From Mytilus californianus (Eukaryota), in contig NW_026262668.1 of assembly GCF_021869535.1 (NCBI RefSeq), positions 28,644,001 through 28,708,000 on the forward strand: a DNA stretch of 64,000 bases, in the 5' to 3' direction. Under the pieces are notes generated by a model. That model was not told where the DNA came from and made no database searches. It saw only the letters and a list, made by a program, of their open reading frames with translations. Below are positions 46,757 through 59,571 of the stretch, in pieces (the first letter of the stretch is position 1; every line of letters begins with the position of its first letter). Made by a program: the position numbers and the translations under genes.

Positions 46757-49653
46757 CAGATATGAGGTCAATTACTTTTGAAAGTAATTAATTACATTCA
46801 ATTACAATTCAAAATCTTCATTTAAATTACACATTACATTTGACTTTTTTTACCAATGTAATTAATTACTTTCCAATTTGTTGTAATGTAATACATATCA
46901 TACATTGCTTAATAGTAATAACAAATGAGATCTACAGTGAGTATTTTCAAATTCAGCCAGTATCAAAGAGGAGTAAAAGTTAGATACCTGGTGTGTTATG
47001 GGAAGAAAGAAAAAACATTCATTAAATGACATTAATCTAAAGTGCACATAATACTTTGTTCATTAGGACTAGAGGTATGGTTTAGCTTAATTCTCAAAAT
47101 GATAAAAAGCCTTACTTAATATTTTGAAAATATAGAAAATTTTGTTTTAATTACCTATTGAAATTTTATATTTTAATGTATTCATTGAAAATGATACAAA
47201 AAGAGAGCCATAATTTTAATATTTTGAAATGATTTTTTATCTTGATCACAACTTATTAAAATTATTTATTCTAAAGAAATGATTTAGAGAGCCTGACTTT
47301 TAAAAAAAATATACACTAGTTTTAATCACAATTAATTAATTTAAAAAAATCATGTACCAAGAGGTAAATTTATCTCTCTGTAATTGGCTTAGCACCTGTT
47401 TGACATGCAAACATAACTGTTGTAAAAACAGTCATTATATAGTTTATAATAAAACAAATAGCCAGAGGTTATATTTATTGATTAACTGTGTCTGAATATA
47501 CATTCAGAATATAGCAAAATGCTCTCGACCAATGAAATTGTAGGAATTGATGCTTCTTGATTGTAAGGAATGAATGTAAATCATTTTCTTAGTAAGGGAT
47601 TATCCTATTGTTTAGGCCTATTTACAGTTCAAATCAAAGAGTTTCTATAAATAAGTTACAACTGCCTCGAAGCACATTTATCAGCTTGAAAGGATTTGTG
47701 ATTGAAACTGATTAATAAAACATTAATTATGAAAAAAAAATAACAAAATAAATAATTAAGAATATTTTAAAATAACTTTATATTACTAAAAAATAAACTA
47801 TACCAGAGCAATGCAAAAAAAGTAAAAAAAAAATTTGGAAATTAAATAGAACTAAATATTTAGCTAATATGCTTGCCAGAACTCAGATTTCTGGATCCGC
47901 GTTTGGTAAAAAAAGTAATTTCAAGTATTCTGATAAAAAAGTAGATAATCTCTTTCTTTATGATTAAGGACGAGCGTTAGTGTTTTGTTTTCACGAAGAA
48001 AGGGATAATCAGTCTCTTATAAACTTAGAACTTAGAATATTGTAAAGTGCTCAAGGCTCAAATGATCTCTTGATTGGTTTTATTCAATAATTTGTTTCAT
48101 TGTCAGTGCAATGTTTATAATTAATGGATGACTCCCTTTGTAGGTATTTCAATTATATATTAGTCTTACTGATGTGAGGACTAACTTTTAGTTTTTGAAA
48201 TTCAAATAAATTGTGTTTTAGACTTAAGTTGACAAAACAGTACAATGAAATGGTAGAAATTTTCGTCATTGTGAGTATAAGTGTAAATTATGTTTTGAAA
48301 TTTTCCTCGGAGTTCGGTAATTTTGTTATTCTACTTTTTAATTAGGAATAATTGTTTAGTTTATTTACAGTTCTATTTAATTAATTCAAAATTAGAGTTA
48401 CAACTAAGTTCCATTCCACAAACAATTTTATTCCAGCGTTTTACATCAAATACAACTTAATTAACTAAAATTTAACAATTATAAGAAAATGTTTTTTTTT
48501 TAGAAATTTAAAAGTTACATTTGTTATTCGATTTCATGTATGTACCGGTATACTGGAAATGACTATTCCTACTAACTGCGGATACAGTAATCTGATTTTT
48601 GGGAAGCGTATCAGCTAAAGATTTAGGTTAAATCTAGTTTTAAAAGTTTTTTGTTTTCCTTTTCTTCTTTCACACTCCTTTTTTAATGTTTTGTTTTGTA
48701 ACTTCGAAGTTCTAAATATTCACATACTAACACAAACGATACCAATTATACTGCACACGCAAACTTCAAACGTATTTTGATTCTTTTTGTTTGTTTCAAA
48801 ATTCGCTTTTCAATTGATCATTCTGTAATTTTGATAAATGTGCTTAAGGCAGTTGTGACTGATCTATATACATTCTTTGTTTTGAACTGTAAGTAGGCCT
48901 AAACAATAGGATAATCCCTTACTAAGAACATGTTTACATTCATTCTTCACAATTAAGAAACACAAAATTCAACACTTTCATTGGTCGAGAGCACTTTGCT
49001 ATATTCTAACATCAACTAATTCATAAATGAAATAAACAAAAAATAAGTCATGCATTTCTCATAAACATTGCACTAACGATGGAACTAATTCTTGAATACA
49101 ACCAATCAATATTCTAAGTTTGTAAGAGAATAAGTATCCCTTTCATCATCTCGCTAACGCTCGTACTTAATCATAAAGAAAGGGATTATCATTCTCTTAC
49201 ATATACGTAGCTAACAAGCTAATTAAGGTATAAGACAGTGAATTACTAATGGTTTCTTTTAAACACAAATTATGGCATGTTTCTACAATCTTTTTTTCCT
49301 TCTTTTTTTGTTGTTCATTCAATACAAAATAAATAATCTCCCATGGTTGTGTAATTACAGAAAGTATACTGTGTAGGCTTTGCTTAGTCAGCTAACTACA
49401 TTTACTAAGGTCATGGCTTTTCATCATTTTTTGAGAAAACACAAGATTCAATCTTTCTGATCCAAAATTTCAAATGTAATTGAGTTGTAATTGAGTTGTA
49501 ATTGTCAATTACAGACAATTTTGGTTTTGTAATTCATTTCTTTCTATTACTTGTAATTGGAAAATGCTCAGTTACACATTACATTCAATTACTTGAGAAA
49601 TTGTAATTAATTACGGTCAATTACAATTACATATTTCAATTACCCCATGTCTG
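46757..49653. mobile_element. 2.9-kb non-autonomous hAT-like element with 8-bp TSD
   Basis: Imperfect TIR CAGA(T/C)ATG(A/G)GGT, AATTAC-rich subterminal repeats at both ends, perfect TSD GTTCAAAT at 46749-46756 and 49654-49661. The right end is duplicated at 60724. Confidence 0.85.
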
Positions 49654-52600
49654 GTTCAAATTTACGGGTATTATATCATAGTTAAATGAGAAATATTCCC
49701 AGAAGATGTATAAAGTATTCCTTGTTTGTTGAGCGAATTTAACCGTAGAGCATGTTTTTGTTTCGAAGTTATTTTTGTGTTTTAATATGATTTATTGAAT
49801 CTTTGAAATTAATCGGTGTTTTGTTTCGACGTTATTTTTGTGTTTTAATATAATTCCTTTAGTCTTTGAAATGAATCGCTCTTTTGCCTTTCTTTATATG
49901 AAACTGTAGTGCGTTAAAAATGATTTTTTTCTCCAACTCCATAATGCATTTTATTTGAAAAGAAGTAAATGTCTGCATTATTTATAAATAATGGAAGTCG
50001 AAAGTTTTATGAGAATCGTATTCTAGTCCCAAATTAGGTATAGAGTCTCGCTTAAGTCAAATATTGATATTATATATAAAATATATAAATAAACATATAA
50101 ATAACCGATAACCATCAAATACCCCATTTCTAAAAATAGCTTTTATATTATGTAAACTTTCACTTTTATATAGCACCCGGAATTAAACTGGTAAGCAAAT
50201 TCTTCTTGACAAATCTGGAATTTATTGTACAGATTAGTTTCAAAATTGATTCAGTACCATTTAAAAAGAAGTAAAAAGGAGCGATTGACAAAGACCATAT
50301 ACAAGAAATTATTAACTTGCGTGTGATGGCTTCTCCTTTGGACGATATGACAGATCAACCGAAAGAGGATGATGAACATTCGTTAGAAAATTATACGACA
50401 GAACCCGAAAGTCATATTTCACAGAAAGGATATGATGTATTATCAAGTGATATAGCAGAAAACAATAAACTTCTACCACAAACTGAACCGGACAAAGAAG
50501 CAGAAGTTGAAAAACATACAAGCTTTCTCTGGAAATACATGAATAACCATGCAACCCATGATCGAAGTAATGAACCACAACCAGAAAATAATTCAGAGTC
50601 AGATATTTGTAGCAAACCTTTGCGGATTGTTAATAGGAGCGAAGCCAGTTCTGTTACTGTTCAAAAGAACTTGGAACCTGAAAAAACACGACCTTATATG
50701 AAATACTTTATTTGGTCAATCATCTGTGTCTTTGTAGTAGTGGTATTGGTAATAGCAACGGTCTTTATAACAATTTTAATTTATAAAGAGGTAGGACTTT
50801 ACCTTTATGTATAAACTAACTGTATGACAAAGCAACATAGTCAGCGACAGTCAGACATTCATTATTTTCTTTTTTAATGATACCCCGTTACAAAAAAAAA
50901 GATAATTGAAACTGTGGACATGTAGAAAACTATCATAGTGCTTGCTTTTATGATTAACAATGATGTGATGATTGGTTGTACACCCCGTTACAAATATTTA
51001 TAAATGGAAAAATTTCAATAGCTAATACTTTCACTTTAATGATATTGGGATAATTAGATGGTTTGTTATTGTTTTCTATTTATTTTGCTTCATTTATTTA
51101 TTGTTTTATAATTTTTATTATTATCATATATATTTTTCTACTAAATGTGATATAATTTTTTTTTATTTATCTTTTTTTTTAAACAAAATGAAAACTTCGT
51201 TTGATTGGAACATTTGTCTGTAAATATGAGAAATTGCTCGTACTTTTTCAGTGTTGTCAGGAAACGCACTTAGCGGAAGGTACTCGGGAAGGACCAGTTT
51301 GCCAAGACCTAAATAGTACGTATATATATATGGTTTATCGGTTTCGCGTTTTATTTAAAAACATATATGTCTGAATGAATCTTAAAACATTTTACATAGA
51401 AAGAGATACAAGGAAAATTTTTAAAAAGTTCATTCATATTGTAATGTAAATCAAAATCTTATGAATGAAACAAAAATATTGAAAATGTATTGATTATGGC
51501 CAGAGCGTCTTTTTCCATTATTTTCCATTCCAAAACTAATATTTTTTGTCGCTGTTGGACGAAATCGTTTTTTTTTATGTTCATATGAACAAATGCAAGA
51601 TCAACGAAAATAGCACTCTAAGATTTGGTGTGCCCGAAATGCTTTACTGGATTCAACTTCACCAGGAACACTAAAACCAAATAGAATGAAAGCCAATTAT
51701 GTATAAGCGTTAAATACTTGAGGTGCTGAAAGACAAAAAGAGACCAGGAAGATAGGTTGTTCATGATAATACTTCTCTATCTATTTTTTGACTGGGAAAT
51801 TGAAACTTCAAAGGTGGTGAATCCTGTAAAATAAGAATAACAAACAGTACGAATAATATTCATAAACGATTTATAATTTTTAACACATACATTCATAAAA
51901 TGTTTTAAAAAACTACAAATTGCTCAGTAAACGTTTCCTTTCTCTTTTGTCTAAGACTAGAATGTTAATCGGTGCACACCCAACAGATTTCGCACAAGTT
52001 TGAATTCTAAGTTCACAAATTCAAACCTTTTGAGAAGAATTTTAAGAATTAAACAGATAACACACAATTCTGAATCTTGTGTTCACAATAGTTATTGAAA
52101 TACGTATACATCAAACATTTAAAATTCATGTGGAAGATAGATTTTGACAGTACAATCTATTAATCATAAAATGATGGCGATAACATGGGAGATATTCAGT
52201 TTTGATTTTTTTTAATAATCTTTGGAGAAAATCTTTTAATCTTATGTACACTAAAATATGTTATAATTTTTCTGTTGCAGTCCGTTTTTAGTTCCTCAAC
52301 AAAATCTGATTGGAATGAATGTGTGATGAAAATAAATGTTTTTTGACTTTTACCCGCTTTTTGTTACTTTTTGTGGTCATATGAGCTAAATGTATCCCCT
52401 GTTACATATCGTCCGTTAACTTTCACGTTTCCGTCTTTTGCACAATTTAAGCTTGACAGGATTTGCTAGTAGTGTTCGTAGCCAATGCATTGAAAATATT
52501 AAGTTAAAAAGTTCTATTATGCTTTATTACTATTTTTGTGACAATATGTTTGGACAAACAACGTTTTGCATCGAACGATGTATTGTGAGAAATAACGTCA

Positions 52601-53080
52601 CCTACAGATTTATGAATTGCATATGCATTCCAATTAAACTACTGTGATGTTATAATAAATAGTTATTCACCTAAAGCGCTGTATTTTTTAAGTGACCATG
52701 TGTGGTTCTTTTCGGCGTACCGGTCATCAGCTGACTGTGTCAATTCGCTTTTATATTACTACACCGATGCCTCATAGATATAAAACAAACAAATTACATG
52801 TATATTTTAAAAAGCGAAAATATCTGTAATTAATATTAATTGTTTAAACAATACCGTTGCACACAATAAATTGCAGGATAAAGACAATAAGTGTATAGTG
52901 TCTTTAAATATCAGATGTATTTGTACTCAGCTCAATTCTATCCACACATAAAGATACGGCTCACTTTAACATGGAACATATAACACAGGCTGGCTGATAT
53001 CTTCCGTGATTCTTTTTTCTAGTATAATAGACAAATATGGTTAAGAAAAATAACTAGAATTTATGAAGATTGTGAAGTCA
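47940..53080 (+). repeat. Second tandem duplication, copy C (partner ~57770-64000, continuing beyond the window)
   Basis: Colinear similarity up to the last base of the window (…GATTGTGAAGTCA at 53080 and 64000). Confidence 0.92.
50156..50167 (-). promoter_or_regulatory. IRF-E/ISRE-like motif AAAAGTGAAAGT upstream of gene C (identical copy at 61166-61177 for gene D)
   Basis: Exact match to the IRF consensus; next to a TATATAG and a 5' UTR donor CTG|GTAAG (50191). Confidence 0.45.
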
Positions 53081-56000
53081 TATCGCGTGCATATGTGTAA
53101 CCAATGAAAATGGGTTAAGAGCTAGAATGACTCGATTGACGAATTATCTTGGGCCTGTAGCTTTTTGAGATAGGGCGATGCATAAGATGTACGGAAGGCA
53201 TACTTTTGATAAAAACATATCTATATACATGTATCTCGAAATTGAGAAAAATACATTTGTCTATGCAGCAACAATATTCTCGACAATTGTATGTAAACCG
53301 GGAGGAAACCAAGCTCGTGCAATAACTTATAAGAATATTTGGGTAGGCGTTCCAGATATAGGTAATCCAATTAAGCGCTTCAGACGCCTGCAGTTTATAG
53401 AGTGTTTTCCTTTAAGGTGGCTGAAGCGTCTTTATTAAAATCCATAGAATTTTTTAATAATTTGTCAAAATGAAGTTTTTGTCATGCTTTTTTCAAAAAT
53501 AATATAAAAAATTATGGGTCACCGGACTTTTTTTCACGCTACAGGTTGTGCAAAACTGTCAGATTTGTATAGATTATGCATGGAAAATCCAATTTTGTGT
53601 GATAAAAAGAAAACTACATGATAGAATTTTAAGATAAAATGTGAGAAGATAGCTCTTGTAACATGCTTTCAGATAAGAAAAAGAAAGAATGGGGTCACCG
53701 AACTTGTTTTCTTGCTACATATTAAAATAGGTAGATTCACAACACTTTGTATTATAAAATTACTGTATCTGAGTTATCTCCCCTATTTTGGCAAAGTTGA
53801 AAAAAAATGAATCAAACACAAATATGGTGTTTTTTTTTAAATTACAGCCGTAAATATGATGAAACACAGAATTTTCTAAATTTACATCAAAAGTCTTACA
53901 CATGATTTACAAACTACTCTCAAAATTTGCACATTTCATTTAAGATCTAGACCATCTGTTATCTGCTAATTCAAAATCAAAGATGGAAGAAGACACCCGA
54001 GCCACCTTAAAGAACACATTATATGAAAATAGTAGACAATGTTTATGACATAGTATACGACGGTCTTGAAGGATCATACAATCGATGTATAATGAATAAA
54101 AGTTCAACGTTATTAAAATTGACAATTTAAAGACGATATTACCTTGCTTTCACTTGCACTAATAATTCTTATCAAATGAAGGGCCTCAGTAATCGATTAT
54201 AATGATCATTAGTTTGTCAACCCAGAGGTTTTGAGTTTGAACCCCGCTCGTGGCAGGTGCGTCCGAATTCAATCTTAATTGACTCGAATTGTCATTTTTC
54301 CTGCCGTCGGTCAACACTTCTCTCCATGTACTCTGACTTCCTCCACAAGTTGAAAAACAATCCACAGCATAGCCAAGAGTGCGGAAAGTTGCGTCAAACA
54401 CCGACAATATATTAATTGGCGATTTTTTCAAATATAATTAGATTCGTTTAAATCCCTTAATCATAGTTTGAATCAATAGTTTATTCCTGTCAATTAAATT
54501 CTTATTAACGAATACATTGAAAAGCAAAATTGAGGATATACTCATTTTTATCGTACAACGTGGCACTACAACGGTACAAGTAGTAACGTCACTGAGGATA
54601 CAAGTATCGTCAGTAAAAAGTTTGACGTTTTTCGAACTTGAACAAGATTCAGCATGTTATCAAGCACGTTTGCTTAGGACTTTTTATGTATCAGTAGGTT
54701 GGTCTTTCATTTTTCAATCATATATCAATTTAAAGAAAAACTATGTAACTAATGAACAAGAAGAATCTAATGTCGTAAAATTCTTTTTTTATTTTTATGA
54801 TTTTTATTAACAAATTTAGTTTTGTTTTAAGCATCATGTTAAAAATGTCTTGTATCTAAAAAAAATTAACAACTATCCTCATTTAAAAAAAGTGATCTAT
54901 CAACAAGCAGTATTCACATTTGAAATGAAAACAATCTGTTGAGTAGTTTATAATGTACAGTTTGCCTGAATAATTGTTACCCCAAACAAGAGCATATTTC
55001 TTGCTATATTTCTGCATTACCTTGATGTTTAAAAAAATCAATAATAAAATGTTATCATTTTGAAGTTTACCGCGAATATCCCGACAATCCTTAAAACGGA
55101 AATTGTTGTGTAAATTAATTAAACTGCCCGTTAAAAGTGAGATTAAATTTGTTTTCTCTTTTATAGTTGTTTTATCATTTTGGAACGACAAATTGAATAT
55201 AAGTTTTCAAGGGAAGAATGAAATATCAGTCTACCAGATTGACTATGAAGGAAATGGAGCCAGCAAAAAAAAAGTATTGTGTAAACATGGAAAAAGAGCC
55301 TTTAGTATCTCGTGTGGTGAAGAGGAAAACAATTCATGTGTTTCGATCCCTGAATTTCCTGAAGAAAATTCAACAACATTTTTTTGCACATTATATTTAC
55401 GGCATCGATATGCAATGCATACAGAAGAAAGCGGATTTAAGATTTAACATCCCAAAAAAAAATTTCACCCAGACAACATCGAAAAAGGCGCAAATGAAAT
55501 AGTTACAGTATTGGCTTGTGTGTGACTTTCTGCAATTTGTGATTATATTATCACTTTTCGTAAACAATGCAATAATCAGAAAATCATATGTAATAGGTAT
55601 ATCAAAGATGGCTAATCGAAAATAACTTAAACTTACTCGATCGCTAGTAGCGCTAACAGAAATCAATCATAAAGGTAACTGTTTGAATTGTTCATGTACT
55701 CTGTGGATCCATTACTAATTGAAAATGTTCAGTGTTATAAGGTGAGGTAAAATTTTAATTGTATCAGTATTAATTGTAAATATTTCGAAATAGAAAAAAA
55801 TGTCTGCATAGGATTAAAAGATGTGAGTTATTTTCGTTTGGGCACAACTTTTGCATTATACTGTGAAGTGATTAAAAGTATCACCCATAACCTATTGCAG
55901 TTCCATTGACCAAAAATTCTTCCAAATTTCCATAGAAGAACCAGAGACAAGTCATAATTGTTAGAGGTGCAAAGCGGAAAAATAGATCATACTTACAATC

Positions 56001-56474
56001 CTTCTAACATTTTAAGTCTAATTATCCATACGTTTTCTTTTAAAATGTCTTCTATATTAGCGAAAAACAGAAACCAATTAAATGTTCAGTAATATATATG
56101 TGGAGTTGTCTCATTGGCAATCATACCACATCTTCATTTTTATATTGGTATATGTTGTCAATAAGTTTCGATAGGAGATAATCTTATATCATCAAACTCT
56201 CATTTCATATGAGAAAGATTGGAGATAGATAAGACTGTCTCTGTAAAAATGTACAGATATTTGTAATCAGCGCTTAAATAATAACAGCGTTCCATTCAAA
56301 CCTATTAGGATTGTAAGTATGCTTTAGTTATAACATTCCGCAACTAACATTGATGGTTTGACTGTTGTTCTTCTACAGCAGTATGGTGAAAGTTCTGACC
56401 AGTTTCCAATTACATTCAGCGTTTCAAACTTCAATAAATGGAGAGGAACACTTATAATCAAGTCACTGCAATAA
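50326..56474 (+). CDS. Gene C: type II membrane glycoprotein of the same family, possibly disrupted. Exons 50326-50790, 51252-51315, 53269-53361, 55167-~55434 (frameshift near 55379-55385), 56257/56271-56312, 56379-56474
   Basis: Exons 1-4 join in frame (phases 0,1,1). Acidic ~128-aa tail, one TM. Exon 4 aligns to gene A exon 3 (W-x20-Y; C-x10-C-x7-C-x-S-I-P). The last exon QYGESSDQFPITFSVSNFNKWRGTLIIKSLQ* resembles the gene A last exon. The exon 4 donor is unresolved; unshifted, the frame stops at 55447. Confidence 0.68.
53416..54006. mobile_element. Kolobok-like non-autonomous element in an intron of gene C
   Basis: TTAA|GGTGGCT ... AGCCACC|TTAA. Confidence 0.75.
54181..54410 (+). mobile_element. 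Degenerate copy of the SINE family at 33072-33328
   Basis: GAGGTTTTGAGTTTGAACCCCGCTCGTG...AATCTTAATTGACT...CTTCCTCCAC...AAACACC. Confidence 0.75.
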
Positions 56475-56989
56475 CAAATTGACAAAGAGGTAAGAGGTAC
56501 AGGTAAAAATGTTTAAGCCAGAGTCAAAATTGACAAGCTGCTTATTCCCTCTAGACTGATAAGAATATACCCAAAAATGAAATAATATTCTATAAAGGTT
56601 TTTCAATGATTTGAAATGTATCCATTACATCGAAAGGCTATTAAGTTCTAAATAATGTTGTAAAAGACAATCTGAATAAATTGAAACTTGTAATTTGTGT
56701 AATTTTTAGCTTGCATGTGTAAAAACTAGTTTTATCCGACATATGTTCATAATTAGTAACATCGTCAGAGGGTGTCGGTTGTCAAATTCTAATTTTGTTT
56801 TGTGGCTTCATATTGCGTCACTCAATAGATATAGATATACCAACAAGAATGGATAGTTTTTGGTTAAGGGTTATTTGCTGTAATCAACCAAAAACTCTAA
56901 TAATATGAATTTTTGACAGCCAAGGTTCCTCAAGATGATGTTCAACAAACCTATAGGGAGGCTGAGCTAAGTTTGCTGTTAATATAAAA

Positions 56990-57420
56990 CTCAAGTTGAG
57001 CAAAATGTCATTTATTCAAAATTGATCATTAATTAAGAATGACATATTGACAATAGCAATAGTAGCAAATAAATGACAATGACTTTAAAAAGCAAAGGTG
57101 GGGTTTAGAAAAATGCCCCAACCAGTATATCATATATTACAGTAACAAATAGTTAGAAATGGTATACCGACTTTGGAACATCCAGAAGAGAAACCGACTA
57201 TTAGATCTTTTAAACGAATATATAAAAAAAAAGAAGTTCATTGTCTTTGATTTTCAAAATTGTGTGAGATTCTTTTCATTTAGAACAACAAATACACAGC
57301 TGCTGATAGAACGTGGATTGTGGGCAAATATAGAAAGGTACAACCAATTATGTAACTTATGTACTAAAATACAAAGTTTGTGATGAGCCTACTACATATT
57401 TTAATGCATAGCTTTCGGTA
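56990..57420 (+). mobile_element. Decayed 3' end of a non-LTR retrotransposon ORF2
   Basis: FRTTNTQLLIERGLWANIERYNQLCNLCTK..CDE resembles the C-terminal RxxNHxLxIExGRW...RxCxxC...DExH motif of LINE ORF2; stops and frameshifts present. Confidence 0.6.
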
Positions 57421-58350
57421 AAGAACAAAAGATACACATCAATAATTATTTTACTAACAGATAGAACGCAATTGAATTTCTAGAAATAATGTCATGTAAT
57501 CAACTATCAATTTTAAAGGAAATTTGTATGTATTTCAAATAGTAAAATAACAAAAATACTGAACTCCAAGAAAAATTCAAAACAGAAAGTCCCTTAACAA
57601 ATGGCAAAATCAAAAGCTCAAATACATCAAACGAATGGAAAACAACTTGCATATTCCTGACTTGGTACATGCATGTCCTTTTGTAGCAAATGGTGGATTA
57701 AAAAATACACTAATCTTTTTTTTCTCAAAAAAATGATGAAAAGCCATGACCTTAGTAAATGTATTATTATATATCTTAATATATGTGAGAGAATTATAAT
57801 CCCTTTCTTCATGATTAAGTACGAGCGTTAGCGAGTACTTATCAGGAAGAAAAGGATAATCATTCTCTTACAAACTTAGAATATTTTAAAGTGCTCAAGG
57901 CTCAAATGATCTCTTGATTGGTTTTATTCAAGAATTTGTTTCATTGTCAGTGGAATGTTAATAGTTAATGGATGACTCCCTTTGTAGGTATTTCAATTAT
58001 ATATTAGTCTTATTCATGTGAGGACTTACTTTTAGTTTTTGAAATTCAAATAAATTGTGTTTTAGACTTAAGTTGACACAACAGTCCAATGAAATGGTAG
58101 AAATTTTCGTAATGCGAGTATAAGTGTAAATTATGTAATAATTTAATTAGGAATTATTGTTTTGTTTATTTAACAGTTCAATTTAATTAATTCAAAATCA
58201 GAGTTACAACTAAGTTCCATTCCACAAACAATTTTATTCCAGCGTTTTGCATCAAATACTATTTAATTAACTAGAATTTAACAATTATAAGAAAATGTTT
58301 TTTTTTTTATGAAATTCAAAAGTTACATTTGTAATTCGATTTCATGTATT

Positions 58351-59571
58351 CAGGGGTTCAAATTAACATTTAGTACTGGAAGGTCCAAGACCTTTGAAAC
58401 TCCAAACTGAAAGGTCCACAACATAAATCCCAGGTCCTACTTTATTTGAAATATTTCATAACTCAGTAAGATTAATGTGTTTTGGTCTTAGGTTACCTTG
58501 TTTAATTATATTTGAACTGCATGCAATATGTTGTTAAGTTTACAAATATATTGCCAGGCAACCATATAAATGTAGCACTAAACTGTCAGTGTCACTGTGG
58601 TATAACATGTATAATAATAAATGATGTAATTGTCTTACAAGTATATTATGAATTCAAATAATTTTTTTTTTTTTGGTATTGGGGAGGGTGTCACTGTGGG
58701 TGGGTGTGTTGTTTCAATTATTGGTAATTATACCATTATCTCAGGGCTTAGACTACTTCAGAATCATAGGGGGAAGTGACTGATAGGGAGAAGTGATGAG
58801 ATTTGAAAGAGAAGTGCTCACTCAAGGCGCTACAATGTTTGATGTTTACTATAATATAAAGGGCTATGTGTATCTTTTTGTATATTGTTCAATTCATAAC
58901 CGAGTATTCAATTAAAGTAACAGTTCAAATTCAAAGCTGTTTAAGTTCATCATATGTTGCACAATTATATTAGTTCCTCTCTTGTTAGAAACTACCAACT
59001 AAATATCTAGCACTAATAAAGAAAGAACTTTTTTTACATCAAAAAAGAAAAGAAAGTGTGGAATGCTTAATTTTTCCCTTTGGGATCAATATTCTGCTGT
59101 CAGATGTGCCATTCATTGGTCCGTAGTCATTATCCTTAGAATCCGGATTTCTTTCATAGCTGGTCCGTTTCCCGACTCCAATCAGTAGTTTGTACAAATA
59201 TTTCAATGGCTGACGAAAAAATGTACAAAAATAAACGATGTTTGAAACGCTATTTGGAAGGGAATATTACGTTTTTAATGAAACGAATGGATTACAAATT
59301 TACTTAAGGCAACTTTCATCACTTCTAATGGGTTAACAAACTTATTTTGCCGACAGTTAAAATGGTTCAAGGTACGGTCTTAAGGGGTATACCATGACAA
59401 TAGTAATATGGCTTTGAAATGACGATACTGATGGTTCAAAAGGTCGGCAAAGTTAATTTTTATTTTCTTTCAAATCGAAGGTCCGTCGGGCGTAGCAAGT
59501 AACCAAAATGAAAGTCCGATTGCAATAGTGGAAGGTCACGGACCTCGGACCACCGCTAATTTGAACCCCTG
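58351..59571. mobile_element. 1.2-kb non-autonomous TIR element (15-bp perfect TIR CAGGGGTTCAAATTA) nested in copy D of the hAT-like element
   Basis: TIRs at both ends; empty site TTTCATGTATGTACCGG at ~48533-48549 in copy C; no clean TSD. Confidence 0.85.

Noticed and set aside
52281-52320. Candidate exon after a strong acceptor in gene C intron 2
   Set aside because: It has a stop in the required phase 1 in both C and D; exon 51252-51315 already supplies the phase 0-1 link.
54535-54612. Candidate phase 1-1 exon GYTHFYRTTWHYNGTSSNVTEDTSIV in gene C
   Set aside because: Protein-like with two sequons, but the acceptor is a purine-rich GAG and no paralog in the window can test it; left out of the model pending RNA-seq.
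55218-55502. Independent 94-aa gene
   Set aside because: Alternative frame of gene C exon 4; only its 3' part appears meaningful, as the frameshifted continuation.
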